Origin: Azolla caroliniana
Lineage: Eukaryota > Plantae > Polypodiophyta
Direction of reading: 5' to 3'
NCBI GenBank assembly: GCA_043228905.1
Contig: JBHGNT010000012.1
Location: forward strand, 19,406,001-19,470,000
Length of the DNA stretch: 64,000 nt
Shown: positions 1 through 9,930 of the stretch, piece after piece
How positions within the stretch are numbered: the stretch's first letter is position 1
Layout: each line of letters begins with the position of its first letter
The notes under the pieces: generated by a model
Told to the model about the DNA's origin: nothing
Seen by the model: only the letters and a program-made list of their open reading frames with translations
Database searches by the model: none
Program-made: the position numbers and the translations under genes

Positions 1-1253
1 GCCCGAGCCACTATCAGGCTCCCTTTGCTGAACTTCATGACACCGTTCCGGATGCTACCCGTGTAGCCTTCATCGTCTAGCCTCCCGGCCGAAATCAGGT
101 TCAGTCGAACCTCCGGAACGTGTCGGACATCCTTCAGCCGCATCTTGCATCCGGTTGATGTCATCAGCCACACGTCTCCTATGCCGGAAATCCGGCATGT
201 ACCTTCATTTCCCATCCGGACACAGCCATGCTCACCGGCTGTGTAGGATGAGAAGTATTTCTTCTCCGGGGTCAGGTGGAACGACGCTCCGGAATCGACC
301 ACCCAGGTCATCTCTTCACCGGCAAGGTTCAGCTCCCTCTCTTCGGTAATGAGCATTATCTCCTCTTCACTTGCCGCGAGTGCCGTCGTTCCTTTCCGAT
401 CCTGCCCTCGCCGATCCGGACCTCTCCGGTCCATGGCTCCCCGGTATGCACCGTTTCTATCCGGTGACTTCTTCGAATCGGTGTCGTCGGCTCCGTTGTC
501 TTTTCGGTAATGCCGGCAATTCTTCCGGAAGTGCCCCGGCTTCCCACAGTGGAAGCATGTGGGTCTTCCTCTTGACTGCGACCGGGTCCCGGACTTCTCC
601 CGTCTTTGCGGACTCCGGTTCCATTGTCTTCCTCGTTCCGATTCGGTAAGCAGCGCCCTCGAGTCGGAGGCCGGTTCTTTATCTCTCCGACGCGCTTCTT
701 CGTTCAAAATACTTGTCTTTACCGTTTGTAGGGACAAGTTATCTTCGGTGCAGGAGGTGCTGAGAGTCACCACCAAGTTCTCCCAGCTTTCCGGCAATGT
801 ACACATCAGAATGATGGCTTGCATTGCATCCTCCAACGGGAACTTGATCGCCGCAAGCTGGTTCACGAATCCCATGAACGTGCTCACGTGTTCCACCATA
901 TTCTCGCCGTCCCGGTACTTGAGGTTCACTATCTTCCTCATCAGGGAGGTCCGGTTCAACGCATTCTTCCTCTCGTAGAGGCCCGACAGCTTCTTCCACA
1001 TCTCATAGGCGTTCGTATCGTTCGCCACATGTTGCAGGACACTTACATCGACATATTGCCGGATCGTCGCTACAGCTTTCCGGTTCAGGAGCTTCCACTC
1101 CGACTCTATTACCCCCTTGGGTATCTCGGCATTGTCGATCGGTTCGTACAGGTCTCGGACGATGAGAAGGTCTTCCATCTTTATCTTCCAGTCGGCGTAG
1201 TTCTGTGAGTTCAACACCATCATGCCCGGAGGCCCACTACCGCCGCCTTCCAT
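1..1253 (-). CDS. Copia Gag-protease polyprotein of A1, partial
   Basis: ATG at 1253; reads MEGGGSGPPGMMVLNSQNYADWKIKMEDLL; zinc knuckle CFHCGKPGHFRKNC and protease WVVDSGASFH; absent from the ORF track, presumably because it runs off the edge. Confidence 0.9.
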   Translation of the reverse strand, partial: MEGGGSGPPGMMVLNSQNYADWKIKMEDLLIVRDLYEPIDNAEIPKGVIESEWKLLNRKAVATIRQYVDVSVLQHVANDTNAYEMWKKLSGLYERKNALNRTSLMRKIVNLKYRDGENMVEHVSTFMGFVNQLAAIKFPLEDAMQAIILMCTLPESWENLVVTLSTSCTEDNLSLQTVKTSILNEEARRRDKEPASDSRALLTESERGRQWNRSPQRREKSGTRSQSRGRPTCFHCGKPGHFRKNCRHYRKDNGADDTDSKKSPDRNGAYRGAMDRRGPDRRGQDRKGTTALAASEEEIMLITEERELNLAGEEMTWVVDSGASFHLTPEKKYFSSYTAGEHGCVRMGNEGTCRISGIGDVWLMTSTGCKMRLKDVRHVPEVRLNLISAGRLDDEGYTGSIRNGVMKFSKGSLIVAR

Positions 1254-1739
1254 TTTCTGTGTTACCGTCGCTCTGATACCACTTTGTTGGGAATCGATGC
1301 TCCGATTAACCTTCACCACTCGGCCACAACCGAGTAGTCGCGAATCAATGCAGCAGAAAATAGGAAACACAGAGAAATACACGATACACAGGGATTAACG
1401 TGGAAAACCCTATACGGGAAAAACCACGGGAGTGCAAGACTCCAAACCAAAACTATGCACAGAGAAATATACAATGGCGAGCTGCAGGGCAACGACCTTG
1501 AGCTCGCTGTCCTCGCCACAGGAGGCGGTAATACACAGAGGCGTCGACCTTTTCGTTTCTCTCTCTCTCTCTCTCTCTCTCTCGGCTGCTCTCACTTCGC
1601 TCTCTCGGCTGAAAACATAAAAATGAGCAACAACAGTAAACTGTTTGCCCTAAGTCATATTTATACACATATGACTTTCGGGCTATTTACAAATATAGCC
1701 TCAAGGGCCCTTGGCAAACATATTCACAAATATGTCCCC

Positions 1740-2010
1740 GCATCCGGATCTCTCTCCGGGTACATTCATCATCCGGCTCCGTAACCGGGTCTTCGTCATC
1801 CGGCTCCGTAGCCGGGGTCTTCGTCATCCGGGTCCGTAGCCGGGGTCTTCTCTTCGTCATCCGGCTCCGTAGCCGGGGTCTTCATCATCCGGCTCCGTAA
1901 CCGGGTCTTCGTCATCCGGCTCCGTAGCCGGGGTCTACAGCATCCGGCTCCGTAACCGGGTACTCTTCATCCGGCTTCATGCCGGGTACTCTTCATCCTA
2001 CGGTTCCGTA
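1740..2010. repeat. CCGG-rich tandem repeats (about 28-33 bp unit) in U3 of the A1 LTR
   Basis: Repeated CATCCGGCTCCGTA(A/G)CCGGG(G)TCTTCGT units. Confidence 0.9.
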
Positions 2011-2075
2011 ACAGCCTCCGGGCTTGCCGTCATTCATCTCCGGACATCCCATCCGGAGAGACCGAAATCCCAACA

Positions 2076-5000
2076 AAAACACCAAAGGGTGCATGGGAAA
2101 ATCTGAAGAAGATCTTCCCTGCGAGCACCACAGCCAGGAAGCTTCAGCTCCGACAGGAGTTGAGCAACCTACGACAACGCGATTTGTTGGTGGTTGACTA
2201 TACCTCGAAGATCAAGGACATATGCGACTCCTTAGCTTCCATCGAGGAAAGAGAGATGGTCCAGGTCTGTCTCGGGGGTTTGGCATCGAAGTTCGGGGCG
2301 TTCCGAACTGCTGTGTGTACCCAGGAGAATACGCCGTCCTTTTTCGACTTATAGTTGATGCTCCTAGTAGAGGAGAACCACGTGGGTGCGTCAAAGAGCA
2401 GGCACACCGACAACAAGATGTTGTACACAGAGGGAGATAGGCCCCGTGGACGTGGAGGACGAGGCCAATCGGTGCGCAATGGAGGCGGCCGACGAGATCA
2501 AGGAAGGAGGCACCAAAATGATGCCGACAGCAATTCTGGACCCTCCGGAAACAGTGGGAGTCGAGGCGATGAGAACCGGCAAGGGAAACCCGCCATGGAA
2601 TGCTGGTACTATGGCAAGAAAGGCTACAGGGAGAGTGAGTGCTGGAAAAAGTGTGCCGAGTCGGAGAGGACCGGTTCCGGACATACCGACAAAGGATATC
2701 GGCAGCGATCGCACTACGCCGAAGGATCCGGAAAAGCTGGAAAAGGGTCTGCCTTCGTGACGAGACACGAAGCAAACTCAATGAAGCAAACCACCCCGAA
2801 ATCAGACGAGGTGTGGTACGTCGACTCCGGTGCATCAAATCACATGACGAGCCATAAGGAGTGGTTCTTGTACCTAGAAAAACCGATGCAACTGAAGACG
2901 ACACTCCGCATCCAATCGCGAATGTCAGAGAAGTTCCCTTGAGCCATGTCAGGAAAAAAGGGAAACTCATGAATGTGGTACACGTTCAGACAATCACGAA
3001 GAACTTGGTATCGGTCGGACAGATCGTCGACCAAGGGATGCAGGTCCAGTTTACACACCTCGGGTGCTTCATTGAGGAAGAAGGCCGTGTTATTGCGCAA
3101 GGGCGCAGAGATGGGAGGATGTTCATCCTTGACTCTATTGACGGTGGCACTGCAATGTTTGCGAAGGGAGAAAAAGTCGAGTCGGACATCGACTTATGGC
3201 ACAAGCGGATAGGCTATGTCAACTACCAGCGGCTTCAAGACCTGCAATCGAAACAAGTGGTGTTCGGATTGCCCAAATTTAGTGGCCGGAAGGCACAAAT
3301 TTGTGAAGCCTGCTAGCTTGGGAAGCAACACCGACTTCCTTTCCCCAATGAGCGTAACCGGAGCCGGAACAAGCTCGACTTGATACACTCCGATGTGTGG
3401 GGGCCGACACAAAACGTTAGTCTTGGCGGGAGCCGATATTTCGTCTCCTTCATTGACGACTACACACGGCACACATGGATCTACCTCATCGAGAGGAAGA
3501 GCAAAGTCTTCGATAGTTTCCAGGACCTCAACAGGTTCGTGGAAACGGAAACAGGAAGAAAGATCAAGTGTCTGCGGTTGGATGGCTGAAGAGAATACTT
3601 TTCCATTCAATTCAACGGTTATCTACAACAGATGGGAATTCAACACGAATTCAGTTGTAGATACACGCCGGAGCAAAACAGCGTGGCCGAGAGGAAAAAT
3701 CAGTTGGTTGTGGAAGCGGCACGGGCAATGCTGGAGGAGAAGAGCTTGCCCAAGTTCTACTCGGCCAAGGCGGTAAGGACCGCGGTATACATCCAGAATC
3801 GGATCGGAGACAAAATGTCGGCGCATGAGCTATATTTCAGAACAAAAGTTTTTGGTAGCATTGCGTATGTGCATGTGCCGAAGGAGAAACGGAGGAAGCT
3901 GGACGCAAAGGTCGAGAAATGCATCTTGGTCGGTTACTTGGACGAGCAGAAGGGTTATAAGTGTTATAACCCGTGCACCAAACAAGCGCGCATGAGCCGT
4001 GGCATTGTGTTTGATGAGTTCGTGTCCTGGTACTTGCCTCCGATTCCGTCTCTCAACTCCAATCCGAGCTCTGACAATGAGGTCAGCGAGATTGAGATGC
4101 CTCCGGATGAGCCTAAAATCGGGACCCGCAAAGAGAGTCCGATTTTGTTTCGGTTAAGTGGACCGAATGCACAACTGAGTCGGTTCAACCAGTCCGATGA
4201 AGAGCCGACAAGTAGTGGAGACTCGACCGTGCATTCCCCGCGGAGGAAGCCGAGGAGACAACTTACGCGCAAAGAGAAAGGGAAGAAGAAGGTGTCGGAT
4301 TCTGGGTCGGATAGGAACGAGTCAGACCGACGCGAGTCCGACTCCGAGGGAAGCGGTGACGGGTCTTCAGGAGCGAAGTCCGCATCGGCCGAGAAGACCT
4401 CGACATCGGCTAATGACCAATTATGCCGATCTACCCACCAGAAGAACCCAATTGTGCGGTTTGGATACAACGAGTACATGGCGCATCATTATGCGTACAT
4501 GACCCGTGTAGCGGAAGTGCGTTAGCCGGAGAGCTATGTAGAAGCGGCTAAGGACGCGAATTGGCGCACCACGATGGAGGAAGAGATGCACGCATTGGCG
4601 GAAAACGAGACCTAGGACCCGGTTGACGCACCGAAGGGTGTGAAGCCGATCGGATGTAGGTTGGTGTACAAGGTCAAGTACAACACCGACGGCTCGATCA
4701 ACCGATACAAGGCCCGGTTATTGGCAAAAGGCTACGTGTGGAAACACGGCATTGACTACGATGAGACGTTTGCGCTGGTCGCAAAGATGACGACCGTCCG
4801 TGTTTTGCTCGCGGTAGCTGCGGCAAAGTGGTGGCACTTACATCAGATGGATGTAAAGAATCCATTCCTACAAGGTGAGCTTGAGGAACAGGTGTAAATA
4901 GTACAGCCTCCCGGATTTCACTCCAAAACGAACATGTCGGTAGTGTGCCGATTGAAGAAGTCCCTTTACGGACTGAAGCAAGCCCCGTGTGCCTGGAATG

Positions 5001-6910
5001 CGAAGATCACGCAACAACTGCATCGGATGGGCTTTGCAACATCAAAATCGGTCCGGTCAGTATTTTAGTATATGTTGATGACTTGGTCATCACCGGCGCC
5101 GACCTAGGAGAAATCGACCGCGTGAAGCTCCAGCTTGCGGCATCGTTCGACATGAAGGATCTGGGGGATCTTCATTACTTCCTCGAGATCGAAATGATCC
5201 GTACCCCCGAAGGCATATTGATCAGCCAACGCCATTATGTGCTGAGTATGCTCTTCAAATTCGGGATGGCCGACTGTAAGTCCGTCTTGACTCCTCTGGA
5301 TAGAACCGTCAAGCTTCGCCCCAATTCCGGAAAGGTATGCGACCCGACGAGGTTCCGACAAATTGGTTGAAGCCTTATCTACTTGACAATCACCCGACCC
5401 GATCTCAGTTATCCGGTCGGGGTGATCAGTAAGTTCATGGCACGACCTACCGAGAAGCACCTTCAGTGCGTGCAATGCATACTGCGGTACGTAAGCGGCA
5501 CTAAGGACCGGGGACTGCTATATCGGACCGTTACAGCCTCACAGTTGGTCAGCTACACCGATGTTGATTGGGCTGGCAACGCCGCCGATCGCCGATCCAC
5601 GTCCGGATACGCGTTCTCTCTTGGGAGTGCCGCGATAGCGTGGAGCAGTAAGAAATAACCGACAGTTGCACTGTCGAGCACCGAAGTTGCGTACCGAGGA
5701 GCGGCTGTTAAGGACCTGCAGGAGGAGGTGTCTGATCTGACGATGATCTATTGTGACAACCTCAGCAGCATCCAGCTCGCGAAGAACCCCATTTTCCACG
5801 CACAGACCAAGCATATTGAGGTGCACTACCATTTTGTCCGTGAGCGTGTCCTTTTTGGTGAAGTCAAACTTCAGTATGTTCCGACGGATCGGCAACACGC
5901 CGATATTTTCACCAAGCCTCTTGGTCTGGACAGGTTGCGGCAATTCTCGGGTGCACTTGGGTTGTGCCACCTCGACGTGCCGAACTTAAGGGGGAGAGAC
6001 GTCCCGGATGACCACGGAAGGGAGCAGGAAAGGAGCGAAAAAGACCGTGACGCCGAGTCGGATGAAGAATTCGACTTCGGATCGGCTCAAGAAGTTGAGG
6101 GCGGATCCGCAGAAGAGTCTGAAAGCAGACATAAGGGGAGTAGCCGGAAGAAAGGGCCAAAGCCAACCAAGCATGGGGGAGATGACGCCATCAAGGGCGA
6201 GAAGTCCGAAGACGAGTTGGAGACAGCCAACTTGGACGAGAGTGAAAACCAATCAGAGGTAGCTAAGTCGGTTCAGATGTTTGATTCGAATACACTGAAT
6301 CAACCAAGGGCCAAGCGGAAAAGAAGGCAGCAGGAGAAGCGCCAACACTGCGATAGCAAGGGAGCTGTGAAGGGCCGTGGGAACAGACAAGCTGACCGGA
6401 AGGGTCGAAGCGCGCGGAGTCGAACAAGTCGAGGAGTGCGAGCGAGGCGTAGAGCCAGAAGGAACCGGAGCAGTGATCCCGAAGATCCCGAAGAGCCTCA
6501 AGTTGAGCTTAAGGGGGAGTGTTGAGAGACAAGCTCAACATCGGCCTGATTGGCTGAGCAGGCCGAGGACCGGATCGGTTGGGACCGATCGGTTAGGCCG
6601 AACCGGTGCGTAACGAAAGGTCGTATCGGTGCGTAAACCGAAAGGTCGTTAGAGAGATATTCCTCGTAAGGAAAAGTTTTGGGAGTAAGTGTCGAGGCTC
6701 ATTTATGAGCAGTCATGTATTGTCAATACTTATGTTAGCCCATTGTTAGGGCTTGTATAAAAGGTGCTCACTGAGCACGGTGTATGTACACAGTGTTAGT
6801 TTTTTTTTTAATTGAAGTTCTTGTGTCTACTCTCTCTCTGTCTCTCCTGTGTGTAGTGTGCAAACCTAAGCTTTCCATTAAACCTGCGTTTTCTGTTGTT
6901 TGGTTTCATA
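2076..6910 (+). mobile_element. Ty1/Copia element B1 (gag remnant, degenerate PR-IN-RT-RH, 3' LTR 6520-6910), inserted in C1
   Basis: [45 protein letters not shown] motifs with many stops and frameshifts; PPT AAGGGGGAG 6511-6519 followed by TGTTGAG; exact LTR end (6908 or 6910) uncertain. Confidence 0.92.
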
Positions 6911-9900
6911 TATTGCTTCCACACGCCATTCTTTTCAAATATGTACATCATGCGTGGGAGGAATTTCATGCTCATTTTCAGCCACATTTTGTTGCAAATG
7001 TTCAGCCATATTTGGTTGGACATTTCGTGCATTTTCAACACTTATTTGATGGAAATTTTCATCCCTTTGAAACTCACTTGGCTCGTCTACATGTCCATGG
7101 TTAAGCGCACCACTTTGGAACAAAGGCATGAGTGTATCAAACACATCTTGTGAGTTAACTGTTGGGTGTTTTTTGCATTCAAGAAAAGGGAAAGCTGAAT
7201 TTTCAGCAAATACCACATTTCGACTCACAATAATTGTGTCTGTCAATGGATGATACAAACAATATCCCTTACTTTCAGCACTATAACCAACAAATATGCA
7301 TTTCTTTGCCTTGTCATCAAGTTTGTGACGTTGTTGTGATGGCACAAGAGCATATGCCAAACAACCAAACACACGCATATGACTAACCATAGGTTTATGT
7401 CCATTCCAAGCCTCATATGGCGTAATGACACTCAACGCTTTTGTAGGGCAACAATTCAACACATAATTTTCACACATAACCGCTTCCATCCAAAACTTGT
7501 TAGGAAGATGCTTTCCTTTAACCATACATCGTGCCATCTCTAAGAGTGTTCTATTCTTGTGCTCTGCAACACCATTTTGTTGAGGTGTATATGGCACCGT
7601 ACATTGATGTAAAATACCTCTTTCATAAAGAAAAGCATTAAACTCATGTGACATATATTCGCCACCACAATCCGTGCATAGAGTCAAGAGCTTATTTGCG
7701 GAAACATTTCCAGCCATAGCAAAAAATGATTTGAAGCAAGAAAAAACTTCATTCTTTGCTTTCATAGGATACACCCATGTATGAAGAGTAGCATCATCAA
7801 TGAAGGTAACAAAATATACATGCTTTCCAAAAGATGGAGTCTTTATAGGACCACACACATCACTATGAACAAGTTGTAATTTTCTTGTAGTGTGTGTATG
7901 ATTATCTTTTGGAAAAGAAGCATGATGCATTTTTCCAAGAATGCAACCTTCACATGCATGTTTTTCAATGGACTCAAGTGTAGGAAACCCAATAACCATA
8001 TCCTTCTTTTGCAAGTGAAGCAAACTATTGAAGTTCAAGTGACCAAAACGAGCATGCCAAAGCTCCATTTCAGCCATGGAAGAAGTATGGACAGCCAAGG
8101 CATTTAGAGAGGCCCTCTTGTATGTATCCAAATGGTACAAGCCATTGCATAATGTACCGGACATGACGATAACATCGACATTGCTATAATTGTGAACCAT
8201 GCACTTATCATCAACAAAATGTACATGAAGTCCGGCTTTGGCAATCAAAGGAACCGAAATTAAGTTCTTCTTGATACTGGGCACATACAATACATTCTTT
8301 AAGATGACAACACCTCCATTTGCAACCGAAAGCTCAATTTCTCCTACTCCAATGATAGGATAAGAGGCATTGTTTGCACACACCACATGTCCACCTTTGG
8401 GTGCATCTTTCAAGGATGCAAAGAAACTTTTGCATGAAGTAATGTGCTTTGAAGCACCACTATCATAGAACCAATCCGAATCAATCTCACTTACAACCAT
8501 ACATTTAGAGTGCAATGATGCATCATAATGATATGTAACAACACATGCCCAATAATCTTGGGCCATGTTGGCCTCATCACTCTTTACACTTGAAACATTT
8601 TTAGAAATGGTCATGCCGGATTCCTTCTTCTTCTCATTGCGCTTAACAAGCTTTCTGCACTCTTCAATCGTATGGCCAACCTTTCGACAATATTTGCATC
8701 TCTTCTTCTTTTGCAAATCACCATCATTAGAGGAATAAGTGAAAGAGGGAGGTTGAGGCTTTGGTTTTGAAGAACCAAAAGCTGAACCATGCTTGCTTTT
8801 TCCTTTTTGTGAGATAGCAAGTGCTTGTGTTCCCTCTATCAAACCACTTCTATTCACTCTAGATTGTTCTTCTTGCAAAAGAAGAGACACAACCTCATCA
8901 AATGCATAAATATCGGTATTCCCTTTTGCAACCAAACGAATAGTAGTAGCAAAGCTTTGAAAAGATTTGGGTAATCCTTTCAACAACGTAGAGACAAGTG
9001 ATGTATTCGAAATGATTTCATCAATGTTTGCCAATTGCTCTTTCAAATCTTTGATGCGTGTCACATACACATCTACCGACTCATTTTCAGCCATATATAC
9101 ATCCTCAAGTTGCTTTCTCAAATATGCAACACGTGCTTCGTTACGCACGGCATACAACGAAGCAAGAGTGTCCCATGCTTGTTTGGACGTAGAGCATGAC
9201 CGAATATGTGGAACTATATGACGCTTCACAGAAAGTGCAATCAATGCATGAGCTTGAGAATCTTTTCCATCCCATCTAAGTTGCTCTTGTGTGGGTGGCA
9301 TAAATGAAGTCATTGTGCTCAAAGATGAACGTGTATCTGTGACAGTAGACTGTGAAGTAGTAGGACCGCCGGGGCGCCGATCTACATCTACCACTATGTT
9401 CCAGAGTTGTTTGGCAACAAGAACATGTTTCATCATGTAGGACCACATTGGATAGTTAGTCCCATCAAGCTTATCTTCAGCTTGAAGTATGCCAAACAAG
9501 TCACCGTTGTTTGCCATTTTACCAAAGAACAAGAAAGTGGCAAAATCTTACCTCAACAAAATCTGAAATGAGTGCTGAAAATGCAGCTCACAAACTATCC
9601 CGCGGATGGCGATTTTGACTACACGAACGACTTCAAAATGGGGGTAAAACAGCAAGGCACCTGCTGAAAATGAGCTCCAAGTGCTGAAATACACTTCTCT
9701 ATATTTGGAAGTTGATTTGCACAGTAAAAAATGCGCGTGCGCCGCGATGCCGCGACACGGACAACCGAAGATGGAGAGGATGAAAAACTTGGCTCTGATA
9801 CCAGTGTTGGGTATGTGAGGAAGAGTGACTCATGTATGTGGTAACATGGGGAAAAAACCTCTAGCCAGCACTAGAATAAAAAGTGCCCATGTAAAACTCA

Positions 9901-9930
9901 AAGCTACTCGAGGAACACGTAAGTGTAACA
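6911..9930 (-). mobile_element. Ty1/Copia element C1 (internally deleted 5' LTR 9805-9930, PBS, gag-PR-IN), inserted in the 3' LTR of D
   Basis: PBS GCTCTGATACCA 9792-9803; near-identical to C2 at 57463-60771; D LTR sequence resumes at 9931. Confidence 0.93.
6935..9517 (-). CDS. Copia Gag-protease-integrase ORF of C1, ending before RT
   Basis: ATG at 9517 (MANNGDLF); CKYCRKVGHTIEEC, WFYDSGAS, LWHARFGH, HSDVCGP, YTPQQNGVAE. Confidence 0.9.
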   Translation of the reverse strand: MANNGDLFGILQAEDKLDGTNYPMWSYMMKHVLVAKQLWNIVVDVDRRPGGPTTSQSTVTDTRSSLSTMTSFMPPTQEQLRWDGKDSQAHALIALSVKRHIVPHIRSCSTSKQAWDTLASLYAVRNEARVAYLRKQLEDVYMAENESVDVYVTRIKDLKEQLANIDEIISNTSLVSTLLKGLPKSFQSFATTIRLVAKGNTDIYAFDEVVSLLLQEEQSRVNRSGLIEGTQALAISQKGKSKHGSAFGSSKPKPQPPSFTYSSNDGDLQKKKRCKYCRKVGHTIEECRKLVKRNEKKKESGMTISKNVSSVKSDEANMAQDYWACVVTYHYDASLHSKCMVVSEIDSDWFYDSGASKHITSCKSFFASLKDAPKGGHVVCANNASYPIIGVGEIELSVANGGVVILKNVLYVPSIKKNLISVPLIAKAGLHVHFVDDKCMVHNYSNVDVIVMSGTLCNGLYHLDTYKRASLNALAVHTSSMAEMELWHARFGHLNFNSLLHLQKKDMVIGFPTLESIEKHACEGCILGKMHHASFPKDNHTHTTRKLQLVHSDVCGPIKTPSFGKHVYFVTFIDDATLHTWVYPMKAKNEVFSCFKSFFAMAGNVSANKLLTLCTDCGGEYMSHEFNAFLYERGILHQCTVPYTPQQNGVAEHKNRTLLEMARCMVKGKHLPNKFWMEAVMCENYVLNCCPTKALSVITPYEAWNGHKPMVSHMRVFGCLAYALVPSQQRHKLDDKAKKCIFVGYSAESKGYCLYHPLTDTIIVSRNVVFAENSAFPFLECKKHPTVNSQDVFDTLMPLFQSGALNHGHVDEPSEFQRDENFHQISVENARNVQPNMAEHLQQNVAENEHEIPPTHDVHI

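Larger units (their letters stand above)
1..2075 (-). mobile_element. Ty1/Copia element A1 (5' LTR, PBS, gag-protease; continues off the left edge), inserted in the gag of element B1
   Basis: LTR 1285-2075 bounded by TGTTGGGA...TCCCAACA; tRNA-iMet PBS (minus TGGTATCAGAGC) at 1270-1281; B1 gag resumes at 2076. Confidence 0.93.

Noticed and set aside
276-1208. Overlapping alternative-frame and antisense ORFs repeated at 63292-63973
   Set aside because: They are shadows of the conserved GC-rich A-family gag; no independent protein motifs.
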